A stretch of 51,428 nt of DNA from Acaryochloridaceae cyanobacterium VAR_48_metabat_390 (lineage in GTDB: Bacteria; Cyanobacteriota; Cyanobacteriia; Thermosynechococcales; Thermosynechococcaceae), in the NCBI GenBank assembly GCA_031422435.1, contig JANPLU010000113.1:1-51428 (forward strand). Direction: 5' to 3'. Both the position numbers and the translations under genes were made by a program. A model generated the notes under the pieces. It saw nothing but the letters and a program-made list of their open reading frames with translations, was not told the DNA's origin and ran no database searches. This document shows, piece after piece, positions 1-9,981 of the stretch. Numbering within the stretch: position 1 is the stretch's first letter; each line of letters opens with the position of its first letter.

Positions 1-529
1 GTGATTCTTCGCATCACTCTTTTGACCAGATTCCAACAGCAGACATTAAACCTTTACCCTTTATCGGCACTGTGCACAGTATGACAAATGGCGAAAATAT
101 CTATATAGCCCAATCAGATATTTTCTGAAATTACTTCAGAAAATATCTGATGAGGTCTAATCGCTCTACTTCAGAAAATTACTAATATCGATTAGGGCTA
201 ATGATGTCTAGCGTGAGGCAAGAGTTTGGCATTTACTCGATCACTAAAGACATGCTTTAGCCTACAGCAGGCATGTCTATCATAAGAATCCTTGACATAA
301 ATTACCATAAAAAGCCATGAAATATTTTAGGGATTAATCCCTGTGCCATCGCCATCTCCTAGGAGTACAGCTACAGAAATGATCCTAAGCTCAGCAATCT
401 AAAATTATCGAATTGTTGCCGATTCTAGGGCATTTCAGCCGTAAAGAACACTTAGTTCCTACAATAGAGGTATGAACTCAGTTCAGTTGTGCTGAATCGC
501 TTCACGTCTTCATAGCAGGAGGAGAACGT

Positions 530-1066
530 ATGTACCGCCATATTCTGGTTGCTTTAGACAATACAGAGCTTCGCAGCATTGTGCTGGATCAGGCGATCGC
601 CCTAGCCAAAGGTCTCTCTGCGAAGCTAACCCTCCTGCACGTATTGTGTAGCGAAGAAGGGGTAAGTCCTGTGATGCCGCTTATGCCGCTTCCCGACTAT
701 TATCCAGCCCTCGCCTCCACAACGCTAGACCAGTACCAGCAGGAGTGGGAGGCATTTTCAGCTCAGAGTTTGGCGCATCTGCTAGAGGCTCAAACGCAGG
801 CGGAAGCCGCAGGCGTAACGGCAGCACATGTGCAGAAAGGCGGCAGCCCAGGCTCTACAATCTGCGAAATTGCTAAAGAACTGAATGTCGATTTAATTAT
901 TTTGGGTCGTCGTGGCAATTCTGGACTCAGTGAACTGCTGATGGGCAGTGTAAGTAACTATGTAATGCATCATGCCCACAGCTCGGTTTTGATCTGCAAT
1001 TTGAGCATGGCAGATCCCTCCAATGCCCAGGAAAAAGCTTCATCTGAAAAAACAGCCGTTGGCTAA
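530..1066 (+). CDS. Universal stress protein (UspA family)
   Basis: N-terminal YRHILVALD and C-terminal DLIILGRRGNSGLSELLMGSVSNYVMHHA are USP signatures; RBS AGGAGG upstream. Confidence 0.93.
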   Translation: MYRHILVALDNTELRSIVLDQAIALAKGLSAKLTLLHVLCSEEGVSPVMPLMPLPDYYPALASTTLDQYQQEWEAFSAQSLAHLLEAQTQAEAAGVTAAHVQKGGSPGSTICEIAKELNVDLIILGRRGNSGLSELLMGSVSNYVMHHAHSSVLICNLSMADPSNAQEKASSEKTAVG

Positions 1067-1146
1067 GGGGAGCGCCCCAATGCTCGGTATACTTCAAAGG
1101 GCGCATTGGCTGCGGCTACTGAAGTAAAACGATTGGTTTGTGCCCT

Positions 1147-2145
1147 ATGGCGATCACTTCTCCACCCAAATATGCCCCCTGGATCCGTCGGCATATTTTA
1201 TCTCTGGCGGACTTTACCATTGCAGAGCTAGATACAGTTCTACAGACGGCAAACAGCTTTAATGAAGTGCTTCAACGCCAAACCAAGAAAGTTCCGGCTT
1301 TACAGACAAAGCTAGTGGCAACGCTGTTTTTTGAGTCTTCAACACGCACCCGCAATAGTTTTGAACTCGCGGCTAAGCGACTCTCCGCAGATGTGCTAAA
1401 TTTTGCCCCCGGAACTTCTTCTTTAAGTAAGGGCGAAACTATCTTAGATACTGCGAAGACCTTTCTGGCGATGGGCGCAGATATGATTATTATTCGCCAT
1501 CAGGCATCGGGGGTGCCCCAGGCGATCGCCGCTGAAATGGATCGTCTCGGCGGTAAGGTGGGCGTACTCAACGCAGGCGATGGCTGTCATGAGCATCCAT
1601 CCCAGGGACTGCTGGATTTGTTTACGCTCTGCACATTCTTAGACCCTATAAAGCCCAGAACACAGCTTCTCCAGGGTAAAAAAGTGGCGATTGTGGGGGA
1701 TATTTTGCACTCTCGCGTCGCGCGATCTAATCTATGGAGCCTGACGAAATGCGGCGCAGAGGTTCATCTGGCAGCGCCCCCTACCTTACTTCCCAAAGCC
1801 TTTGAGTCTTTTGGTGCAACGGTTCACTGGACGCTGGAGCCTGCTCTAGAAGACGCTGATTTTGTCATGACCTTACGCCTTCAGCACGAGCGCATGACGC
1901 AGCATCTCATTCCCAGCCTGCGAGAGTATCATTTACGTTATGGCATTACCCGCGATCGCCTGAAAGCCTGCCGTCCTGCCGTTAAAGTGCTTCACCCAGG
2001 CCCTGTCAATCGAGGCGTTGAACTCAGTTCTGACCTGATGGATGACCCCGTGCTGAGCCTTGTTTCCCAGCAGGTTACGAGTGGTGTTGCCGTAAGGATG
2101 GCGCTGCTCTACCTGATGGGCAGCGGAATAGGGATGGTGCTGTAA
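1147..2145 (+). CDS. pyrB: Aspartate carbamoyltransferase catalytic subunit
   Basis: [43 protein letters not shown] motifs; ATG 1147 preferred over TTG 1138. Confidence 0.97.
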   Translation: MAITSPPKYAPWIRRHILSLADFTIAELDTVLQTANSFNEVLQRQTKKVPALQTKLVATLFFESSTRTRNSFELAAKRLSADVLNFAPGTSSLSKGETILDTAKTFLAMGADMIIIRHQASGVPQAIAAEMDRLGGKVGVLNAGDGCHEHPSQGLLDLFTLCTFLDPIKPRTQLLQGKKVAIVGDILHSRVARSNLWSLTKCGAEVHLAAPPTLLPKAFESFGATVHWTLEPALEDADFVMTLRLQHERMTQHLIPSLREYHLRYGITRDRLKACRPAVKVLHPGPVNRGVELSSDLMDDPVLSLVSQQVTSGVAVRMALLYLMGSGIGMVL

Positions 2146-2189
2146 GCTGCCTTCCTAGATTAATCAGCAGTATGCCAATAAACGTGCTG

Positions 2190-3191
2190 TTATTCAGCAA
2201 AACCTGACGAGCGCTTCATCTGAACGACAAGATCGGATAAACCTTCCAGTTTTTCGAGGACTTCAACTTCGTTTTCTGATGGAACAAAAATTGTCAGTCC
2301 ATTTGGGACACAAACCACATCAATGGGGGTAGTACCCATCATTTCACCGTCTAACACAACTTTTTGAGGCGGTCTGGTCGAAATTTTAAAGCGATTGGCT
2401 CTTAAATAGCCAATGTCATTGCGATCTGTTGCGGTACCACTAGACGCAGATTGAAACAGTTCATAGGCTGCGGTCACAGCTCCTGCTTTATTAGCGGGTG
2501 CCACAATCGTGACGTCTAGTAAGCCATCATCTACCACAATTCCAGCGGAACCCTGAGCCAGAATTGAGGTCGGTGGTGCTGCGTTTGCAACCGTGACGGC
2601 AGCAGCCGAAACCGTCACAATCTTGTCCTCCGTTTCAATGTCAACTTCAAACATCTCTAGGTTTTGAAGTTGCTGTAGCCCCGCTAACACATAAGCCAAC
2701 ATCCCAAAGCGATTTTTGGCGTCTCGGTCGGCTAGCTCAACAGTTTCAGCTTCAAATCCGATTCCCGCCAACAAGACCATTGGTTTGCCATTACAGTAAG
2801 CCGCATCAACTGTTCGCGTTGCGCCTGCTAAAATGGTTTGGCAGGCTGCCTCAACCGTATCAGGAATATTAAGTGCCGTCGCGAAAGCATTTGCCGTTCC
2901 TCGAGAGATAATGCCTAGCGGAATACTAGTCCCTACAACGGCAGCAGCAGCGGCAGAAAGCGTTCCATCCCCCCCGGAGGCAATGATCGCCTCGACTCCC
3001 CGCTCAACCGCTGCGATCGCCAAAAGGTCAGCTCCTAGCGCTTCTGTCGTCAGACAGATATCAAGATCAATTTTAGGCTCTAGAATAGCCCTAATCTGCG
3101 CTAAATCTTGGTCAGAGTCGCTTTGTCCCGCCGCAGGATTAAAAATTAGGCAGGCAGAGCGTAACCTGGGGCTGTCTGAAGTATTGAGCAT
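2190..3191 (-). CDS. YegS/Rv2252/BmrU family diacylglycerol/lipid kinase
   Basis: IFNPAAG, SGGDGT, GTANAFA, LDGE motifs; start uncertain (ATG 3191 or TTG 3206). Confidence 0.9.
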   Translation of the reverse strand: MLNTSDSPRLRSACLIFNPAAGQSDSDQDLAQIRAILEPKIDLDICLTTEALGADLLAIAAVERGVEAIIASGGDGTLSAAAAAVVGTSIPLGIISRGTANAFATALNIPDTVEAACQTILAGATRTVDAAYCNGKPMVLLAGIGFEAETVELADRDAKNRFGMLAYVLAGLQQLQNLEMFEVDIETEDKIVTVSAAAVTVANAAPPTSILAQGSAGIVVDDGLLDVTIVAPANKAGAVTAAYELFQSASSGTATDRNDIGYLRANRFKISTRPPQKVVLDGEMMGTTPIDVVCVPNGLTIFVPSENEVEVLEKLEGLSDLVVQMKRSSGFAE

Positions 3192-3485
3192 AAGTGTACT
3201 GAGCAAATTTAGAAGATGATTTGAAGACGACTCATCTTTAATAATAACTTTTGTACGCCGAAAAACTTCAGAGTCAAAAATAGAGTTTTAACCTCCTGTT
3301 ATTCTAGCTCAATTAACTTAATTCAGGGTCAGTCTGCCATAAGCTGTACCTCTCAGTGGGTGGAATAAGACTATTGATAGATACTCCGTACCGTATTCTT
3401 CGCTACATTATGTCTATTCGGAGACAGCCTAATCACATGCAAATGTTTTGAGGTGTTTCTTAGTTTAAATTAATGGAGAAGTATC

Positions 3486-3668
3486 ATGTCCCTAGAAGAT
3501 AAAGCAAAGGCTACTGCAAAAAATCTTGAAGGCAAGGCTCAAGAAGCATTGGGAAATGTTACAGGCGACCCTGAAGATCAAGCTAAAGGCAAGGCAAAGC
3601 AAGCCGAAAGCCAAGTCCGCCACGCAGCTGAAGATGTCAAAGACAACGTCAAAAAAGCCATTGACTAA
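3486..3668 (+). CDS. CsbD family general stress protein
   Basis: EGKAQEALGNVTGD..QAKGKAKQ pattern; RBS GGAG upstream. Confidence 0.92.
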   Translation: MSLEDKAKATAKNLEGKAQEALGNVTGDPEDQAKGKAKQAESQVRHAAEDVKDNVKKAID

Positions 3669-3683
3669 TCGTCTCATCTAAAC

Positions 3684-3721
3684 AATCCCCTGCCAAATTA
3701 ATGTTAATTTGGCAGGGGATT
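3684..3721. terminator. Hairpin between convergent genes, probable intrinsic terminator
   Basis: Perfect 18-bp inverted repeat AATCCCCTGCCAAATTAA-tg-TTAATTTGGCAGGGGATT. Confidence 0.8.
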
Positions 3722-3776
3722 TCTTATGAAAGACAAGTCTTATTTATCTAAAATGCTGCATTTTAATCGTTGGAAT

Positions 3777-4208
3777 TTAGGGGAGCTTATAACTTGTCAC
3801 TCGCAAACTAAGCTTTCCATTCCTAGGATTTTTGCTAAAAATAAATGCGCCTTCTTTTTCCTCTCCACTTGACAAGAAATCAACTTCTTGTTCGCCTCGC
3901 TCTTTAAAGCTGGTGTTTATCTCTAGTTCAGCAGCAACTCGGACAGATTCGACCGTTTCTCCTCCTGTGTTGCTGAGCGTAAATGGGACGTAAAATTGTC
4001 CATCTACTTGTCGAATCATTCCTTTATGGGTGACAGATAGAATGGGCGGCTGGCGCTGCTGGCCTAGCCAAACATAAAGCACCAGCCCAATCACCGTCGA
4101 TAAAATTGTGGCGGCAATGCCAAAAGTAATCCATTCGGCAGGCGATCGCCCAGGGTTGTTCTCACCTTGAGTCCCTTCAGACTGAGCATTTAGAGGGGTG
4201 GGGTTCAT
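3777..4208 (-). CDS. TIGR02588 family protein
   Basis: RSPAEWITFG, TM helix, N.GGET.ESV.V, FL..GE...G.FIF..NP pattern; ATG overlaps the stop of the upstream TIGR02587 gene (ATGA coupling at 4205-4208). Confidence 0.85.
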   Translation of the reverse strand: MNPTPLNAQSEGTQGENNPGRSPAEWITFGIAATILSTVIGLVLYVWLGQQRQPPILSVTHKGMIRQVDGQFYVPFTLSNTGGETVESVRVAAELEINTSFKERGEQEVDFLSSGEEKEGAFIFSKNPRNGKLSLRVTSYKLP

Positions 4209-5086
4209 ACTGCTAACCTTCCTGCTGCGCCACCGACTGTCGTGGGTAAACCTAAAATAAGGGTATATGTAAGCCAAAGTGACCAAGGGTCGCTGAAGTG
4301 TAGCTTGTCAAAAAAGCACAGCATTAGAACTGCGGCACTCAGCGATACTAGGTAAGAAATCACCGTCTCGCTAAACGGATCTTGAAAAATCCCTGTCTGC
4401 TGTTGACGCTTACTTTGGTTAGAGAAGTTTGCAGCAAACACGATTATGTAAGAAATTAAAAGGGAAGCAAAAATCAGTCCCAGAAGCCACGGGCCTGAGG
4501 TTGATGCAGCTAGCATCTGTATTTCATCGGTAGGGGCAATGTTAAAAGCAATAATAATTCCTCCAATCAAGGTTGCACCAACGTCAGCAACTGTATCATT
4601 GAGCTGCTTATTACCCTTATTCTGCTGATTTTGAACTTTCGGCTGCCCCTGATTTTTGCCCGATTCATCATTGAGGAGCTGATTGGACAATGCAACCCCC
4701 AGCGCAAATGGAACACTCTCATAAATCAGCTTCCCTAACGCTTCTCCCAGTGGCGTATCTAAAGTAATTTCTTGAAACAGCACTAAAACACAGCTTGTGC
4801 AAAATATGCCCAGGGCAATGGCTTCAACGCTGTCCATCACGGCATCTCTAATGCGAACATCTGAGGCGTTACGAAATCCAGTGGTTTGATTTAGCAAAAA
4901 AACGATTGCGAAGGTAAGGGCGATCGCCATAAGTAGACGCAGGGGTTCTACAGATGAACCAATCCACCAAATCTCCATCGTATAAAGTAGCGGAATGCCG
5001 AATAAGAACCCACCTGAAATTCCTCGAACTAAATCATTTAACTCTTGATGTAGGGCTTTATAACGAGACGCTTTCAAAGCTGACAT
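4205..5086 (-). CDS. TIGR02587 family integral membrane protein (DUF2391)
   Basis: GGFLFGIPLLYTMEIWWIG, FNIAPTDEI, C-terminal LGLPTTVGGAAGRLAV. Confidence 0.9.
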   Translation of the reverse strand: MSALKASRYKALHQELNDLVRGISGGFLFGIPLLYTMEIWWIGSSVEPLRLLMAIALTFAIVFLLNQTTGFRNASDVRIRDAVMDSVEAIALGIFCTSCVLVLFQEITLDTPLGEALGKLIYESVPFALGVALSNQLLNDESGKNQGQPKVQNQQNKGNKQLNDTVADVGATLIGGIIIAFNIAPTDEIQMLAASTSGPWLLGLIFASLLISYIIVFAANFSNQSKRQQQTGIFQDPFSETVISYLVSLSAAVLMLCFFDKLHFSDPWSLWLTYTLILGLPTTVGGAAGRLAV

Positions 5087-5432
5087 GAATTTGGAAAATC
5101 TATAAACATTGGTTAGAACAACAGTTAGATATTTAATACTAAAGGATATATTCTAAAATTAGGTATATCTCTATCGGTAGATGCAGAAAAGCACGTGATG
5201 TCAACTATCGGTAGATGCTAAATCTAAGCACAAAGTCTAGTCTTAGATTTAGTTAAATGGTAATTCTATTTTGTGTTAGTATAGCTCGTTATGCTGTACT
5301 GGGTCTGAGCAATTAATTTGTTGATACCAAATTATATAGATAAATCTAATTGTAAAGTACATAAAAATATCTCTCAACTTTATCTTAATTTTATTTTAGA
5401 AACAAGCATTATTGTGGCAGGGGAGATTTTGC

Positions 5433-6665
5433 TTGGACACTTATATTCTTAGTTTTCTTGCTATTGGCATACTTCTACTAATCGTTACATTAGGATCAGG
5501 TTGGATTGCTCGTCTACCATTTTCCTATGCATTAATTTATCTAATCGTAGGAATTTTATTAGGGCCATACGGCGTTCATTTAATTGAGCTACGCCCTCAG
5601 GCGGAGGTTCTAGAACGGCTAACAGAGTTTGCGGTTCTTATTTCTCTGTTTGGCTGCGGTCTTAAAATGAATCGCCCCCTGAAAGGATGGGCGTGGAACT
5701 CTACGGCTCGGCTCATTGGCCTACTCATGCCAATTTGCATTTTCTCACTGGCAGCCGTAGGCCACTTGTGTTTAGGATTTCCCTGGAGTTCAGCCATTCT
5801 ACTGGGGGCAATTTTGGCTCCAACGGATCCAGTTCTGGCTTCAGAAATCCAGCTTTTAGATACCAAAGACCGCGATGAACTGCGCTTTGGGCTAACTTCA
5901 GAGGGCGGCTTAAATGATGCTTTAGCCTTTCCCTTTGTGTACTTTGGGCTGTATTGGCTTAAAGATGCACAATGGCAGAACTGGCTGGGGCAATGGGTTT
6001 TAGTAGATGTCCTATGGGCGATCGCCGCAGGCCTTGGGATGGGGCTACTGGTTGCCCAAGTCATAACCTGGATTCATGGGCGATCGCAGCGGGTGCAATC
6101 AGCGGATGCGCTCATGGAAGACTTTGTGGCACTGAGCATCGTGCTGATTACCTATGGACTGACAGAATTAGTCAATGGCTATGGGTTTCTAGCCGTTTTT
6201 GTAGCGGGTATGGTTGCCCGACGAAACCCTGTAACCCCAGAAACCTATCATTCTCAACGAGAATTTACAGAACAAATTGAAAAATTGATGGAGGTAGGCA
6301 TCATCTTACTGCTTGGTTCACTCCTGCGATGGGAGCCAATGATTCGGTTTGCAGGCTCCATTGTTTTAGTTGCAGTATTGCTAATTTTTGTAATCCGTCC
6401 CATTGGAGCATGGATCAGTACTGTGGGTAGCCCACTTAATCCGACACGGCGCTTACTCTATGGTTGGCTTGGAATTCGGGGGCTTGGCTCCCTGTACTAT
6501 TTGTCCTATGCCTTTGGGAAAGGACTATCGGGAAGCCTTGGAGAAGAGATTGCCTGGATAGTCTACTTTACTGTGGTTATTTCCATTATCCTTCATGGCG
6601 TTAGCGCAACGCCCTTATTAAAGTGGTATGAGCAAAAAAATCCTAAAAAAAGCTTAGACAAATAA
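5433..6665 (+). CDS. Cation:proton antiporter (CPA1/NhaP-like)
   Basis: Many TM helices, LAPTDPVLA, SEGGLNDALAFPF, GIRGLGSLYY; TTG start after GGGGAGA. Confidence 0.88.
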   Translation: MDTYILSFLAIGILLLIVTLGSGWIARLPFSYALIYLIVGILLGPYGVHLIELRPQAEVLERLTEFAVLISLFGCGLKMNRPLKGWAWNSTARLIGLLMPICIFSLAAVGHLCLGFPWSSAILLGAILAPTDPVLASEIQLLDTKDRDELRFGLTSEGGLNDALAFPFVYFGLYWLKDAQWQNWLGQWVLVDVLWAIAAGLGMGLLVAQVITWIHGRSQRVQSADALMEDFVALSIVLITYGLTELVNGYGFLAVFVAGMVARRNPVTPETYHSQREFTEQIEKLMEVGIILLLGSLLRWEPMIRFAGSIVLVAVLLIFVIRPIGAWISTVGSPLNPTRRLLYGWLGIRGLGSLYYLSYAFGKGLSGSLGEEIAWIVYFTVVISIILHGVSATPLLKWYEQKNPKKSLDK

Positions 6666-6875
6666 ATACTCTCTAAGGAAAAACCAAATAATTTAGGGTG
6701 ATAGATTATTTTAATAAATAACTTACAAATATACTTTTATAGCAACTTTGTCCTCCAAAAGACTGATTTTTCAGCAACTCGAAGAGCTGCTTGAATTTAA
6801 ACTTACCTCGTAAGGGGTATGCATCTTAAAACTAAGATTGACTATCTTAGTTTAGAGCGAGTTAAGGAAAATATA

Positions 6876-7073
6876 ATGACTGATCAACAATCTACACAGG
6901 TAAACTCACAGGAAAGTACCGGAGGTAAACAAACGCCGATTGACCCCGAACAAAGAAAAGTTTTAGATGACACAAAGTCTGATGCTAAGGCCAGTGCAAA
7001 GCCAGAGGCAAACCCAGGCTCTGGCTTTATTGCTGCTAAAGAGGAGCCTACACAGCAAGAAGAACAGTCATAG
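6876..7073 (+). CDS. Small hydrophilic hypothetical protein (65 aa)
   Basis: ORF with AAGGA RBS; Q/E/S/T-rich, no recognised domain; followed by hairpin 7093-7132. Confidence 0.6.
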   Translation: MTDQQSTQVNSQESTGGKQTPIDPEQRKVLDDTKSDAKASAKPEANPGSGFIAAKEEPTQQEEQS

Positions 7074-7334
7074 CCAAAAATCGAATCGGAAAGCACCGAG
7101 ACCTATCGCTTTTATTAATAAGGTCTGGGTGCCTGTAGAGATAGAATTTAGGACATAAAATTTTAATTTTATGTCGATTTTATCTTAAGAGTACGATCTC
7201 TGAATTTAGACTAGAGCCTTTATTTGATAAGGTGATTTGACTATCAAGCTTATGTTTAGTTGAATCATTAATGAATAGTCTTAGGGTCTAAATAAAACTT
7301 TAAGGTCAAAAATCAGAAACGGAGAAAAATAGGA

Positions 7335-7619
7335 ATGAGTGCAAATATTGAAGATCAGAGCTTAGAGTATGATGCTGAGGTAATGAAAGAAGAAATTGCT
7401 AAAGATAATGCAAAGTCTCCTTCTGTTAATATCCAGAAAGATTATGAAGAGTCAAAAAAATTCAGTACTCCTGATCATGAGCTAAGCGAAGAGGAAGTGT
7501 CTTCATCTTTAGGCGGCTCTTTCAACTCTAATAATAAAGATGCTGAAAGCTCAGCAGAAGGCAATCCAGAAAATTTTCTATCGATGGCTAAGGAAGTTAG
7601 TCCAGATTCTAAGGCATAG
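7335..7619 (+). CDS. Small acidic hypothetical protein (94 aa)
   Basis: ORF with GGAG/AGGA upstream; D/E/S-rich; P.VN..KDYE..KKFS resembles uncharacterised cyanobacterial stress proteins. Confidence 0.7.
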   Translation: MSANIEDQSLEYDAEVMKEEIAKDNAKSPSVNIQKDYEESKKFSTPDHELSEEEVSSSLGGSFNSNNKDAESSAEGNPENFLSMAKEVSPDSKA

Positions 7620-7656
7620 AAAAATTTTGAATTCAAACTAATGTATAGGTAAAGCA

Positions 7657-8376
7657 ATGAAAACAATTATTTCTTTTCTCAAATCAAAACGACTCTCTCA
7701 ACTTATGTTTGGAGGCATTGCTATTTTGTTTTTATTGGTCAATACGGCCTGTAGTCAACCTAATATCTCTAGAACGAATGACAAACTAGATACTGATAAA
7801 GTTGCAGCAGACAGTGGAGCTTTAAAAACACCATCGACCTACAGAAAGGCAGCCTCTCCCTATCGGGATGAGACCGATAATGCTCCTGAAGGCCAAATTA
7901 CTGAGCTATATAAAGTGATTCAGCCAGAAGAAGGAGGAATGAATACCTACAGCGATGTTGATCCAAGACAAAATACGTCCAAGACAGACGCAAAGGCTAA
8001 AGCACTGATTCAAAAAGCATCTCATTTAGATGCTAAGAAGTACGATAATCCCTTAGATGCTGTCAAGCAAGAGCTTGCTGATAAGCCAATTTCTGAGCGT
8101 ATTCAAGAGTTCTCTGATAATGTCAGCAAGTCTACTCAAGAAACGGCGGATAATGTTTCTAATGAAACCCAGAAAGGGCTAAATAATTTGAGTGACAGCT
8201 CTAAAGAGCTTCAAAGCAAGACTAAATCGGCAGCTGAAGATCTCTCTCAAAAAGCTCAGAAAACGGCTGAAAATACGAGTGATGCTGTAAATAAAACCGC
8301 CCAGAAAATGGCAAATAAAACTCAACAAGGGGTTGATGAAGTTCAAAGCTTTATTGACTCTAACGGCGCTGCCTAA
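7657..8376 (+). CDS. Putative lipoprotein, DUF6658-like, with LEA-like C-terminal repeats
   Basis: Signal peptide with lipobox (VNTAC), GGMNTYSDVDPR motif, K/Q/T/A-rich quasi-repeats in the C-terminal half. Confidence 0.7.
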   Translation: MKTIISFLKSKRLSQLMFGGIAILFLLVNTACSQPNISRTNDKLDTDKVAADSGALKTPSTYRKAASPYRDETDNAPEGQITELYKVIQPEEGGMNTYSDVDPRQNTSKTDAKAKALIQKASHLDAKKYDNPLDAVKQELADKPISERIQEFSDNVSKSTQETADNVSNETQKGLNNLSDSSKELQSKTKSAAEDLSQKAQKTAENTSDAVNKTAQKMANKTQQGVDEVQSFIDSNGAA

Positions 8377-8390
8377 AAGTTCAAAAACTA

Positions 8391-8424
8391 AAAAAAAGCT
8401 AAGCTGCACAGCTTAGCTTTTTTT
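8391..8424. terminator. Bidirectional intrinsic terminator
   Basis: A7-GCTAAGCTG-ca-CAGCTTAGC-T7 between convergent genes. Confidence 0.85.
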
Positions 8425-8550
8425 AATGATTTACAAAATAGGTTTCGGTTCTGCTTAACCCTCAAAACTTATATTGGTAGGGGTTAAGCAAAGTCAAAAC
8501 CTAATCCGGTCGGGTAACTTTTTATCCATTTATTTCAAGACGAGTATTTC

Positions 8551-8874
8551 TCATGATAACCGCTGTACCGCAGCGCTAAATTCTTCATAAGATTTAACGC
8601 CCACGATAGTTTCAATCAACTCACCCTGCTTAAAATACAGTACGGCTGGGATGCTTCTGATCCCAAAGCGCTTTGCGATGGGTTTATTGGTGTCTAGGTC
8701 AATTTTAAAAACCTTAGCTTTATCGCCATACTGCGCTGCAAGCTGATCCATTAAAGGCGCGACCAGCTTACAAGGTCCACACCAGGTTGCAGTACAGTCC
8801 ACCACCAGCACAGCTTCCGTTGCCAGAAGTGAATCTAATTCGGCTTCATTTTGAATGAAAGCTGTCGTACTCAT
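8551..8874 (-). CDS. Thioredoxin (x-type-like)
   Basis: WCGPC active site, GIRSIPAV; RBS GGAGA before ATG 8874. Confidence 0.95.
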   Translation of the reverse strand: MSTTAFIQNEAELDSLLATEAVLVVDCTATWCGPCKLVAPLMDQLAAQYGDKAKVFKIDLDTNKPIAKRFGIRSIPAVLYFKQGELIETIVGVKSYEEFSAAVQRLS

Positions 8875-9129
8875 ATCAACATCTCCAAAATTTGGCATGG
8901 TGCTAGTTGACCTTATCTCGAAAGCGTGACTATTTCCAAAGAAACTATCATTAAGTCAAATATCTAAACGACACCAAAAACGTAAGAAATTGCCAGACGG
9001 GTCGCCTGAGTGATGAGCGAACATCTCAGGGTTACCTTCTTCGCCCATCACTCAAGCCCTGATGAAGCATCCAAATTTATTTGCTGCACGGCGTCAAACC
9101 CGCCAGCAGAGTGCTGTAAAGTTACAGAT

Positions 9130-9885
9130 ATGTACGATGATGATGATCTAAATTTACTCAACGCGGATGCCACACTGGAGAGTCCGCTAGACCGCCTTGC
9201 CCCGATTGATGACCCAGCGGCTGAGGCGGATAAGCCCGACGTAGAAGAAATGCTGGGTTTATTAACTTCCGCAGAAGTGCCTCAGCGGATGATAGCGGCA
9301 CGGGCATTCTGCGAGCTTCAAGACGAACGGGCAACGCCACAGCTTATTCATCTGCTAAGTGACGGCTGTCCACTGGTTCGGGTAAGTGCCGCCTATGCCC
9401 TGGGTCGTAACCCTAGCCTAGATGCCGTCGAGCCTTTAATTGAACAGTATCGTCACGATTGGAATGGCTATGTGCGCAAAGGTGTCGTGTGGGCCTTAGG
9501 CAACTGCCGCGATCGCCGTTCTCTCTCTCCCCTCATCGAAGCCCTTGAAACCGATATTTCTGCGGTACGGCTATGGGCGGCTAGTTCTCTCGGGCAAATG
9601 GCGGAAGTAGATGCCCAAACCGCAGCAGAAGCAATGCCAGCAGTCGCAAAGGCGCTTGAGCAAGATTCCCTGCCGGCGGTGCGAAGCAACTGTGCCTGGT
9701 CCATTGGTCAGCTTTGTCAGGCTGTTCCGGTGAGTGGCGTGTACCGTGAGGCGATCGCCGCTTTAATTACGGCACTCTCTGACCCAGACTTAGGCGTACA
9801 GGAAGACGCAAAAAGCGCCCTGCTCAAGTTAGGAGATCCCAGTGGGCTACAGGTGATCGAGGAGATGGAGCTAGGGCTGCTGTAA
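9130..9885 (+). CDS. HEAT-repeat (PBS lyase HEAT-like) protein
   Basis: Repeated VR..AA.ALG units; acidic MYDDDDL start typical of this cyanobacterial family. Confidence 0.85.
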   Translation: MYDDDDLNLLNADATLESPLDRLAPIDDPAAEADKPDVEEMLGLLTSAEVPQRMIAARAFCELQDERATPQLIHLLSDGCPLVRVSAAYALGRNPSLDAVEPLIEQYRHDWNGYVRKGVVWALGNCRDRRSLSPLIEALETDISAVRLWAASSLGQMAEVDAQTAAEAMPAVAKALEQDSLPAVRSNCAWSIGQLCQAVPVSGVYREAIAALITALSDPDLGVQEDAKSALLKLGDPSGLQVIEEMELGLL

Positions 9886-9981
9886 AAAGGTGCCGCTGCT
9901 TCACCCCACCTTCAACGCCTTACGAAACGCCATAGCAGCAGCCACAGCAATCTGACGAAGCAGAACAATGGACTGAAACCC

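Noticed and set aside
1067..1137. GC-rich pairing upstream of pyrB as a PyrR attenuator
   Set aside because: No PyrR-binding consensus or U-tract terminator visible; only weak pairing.
2833..3219. 128-aa + strand ORF and the many similar antisense or nested ORFs in the track (e.g. 5597-6064, 12667-13092, 20611-21036, 27187-27600)
   Set aside because: They lie opposite or within well-supported genes and show no family motifs; shadow ORFs.
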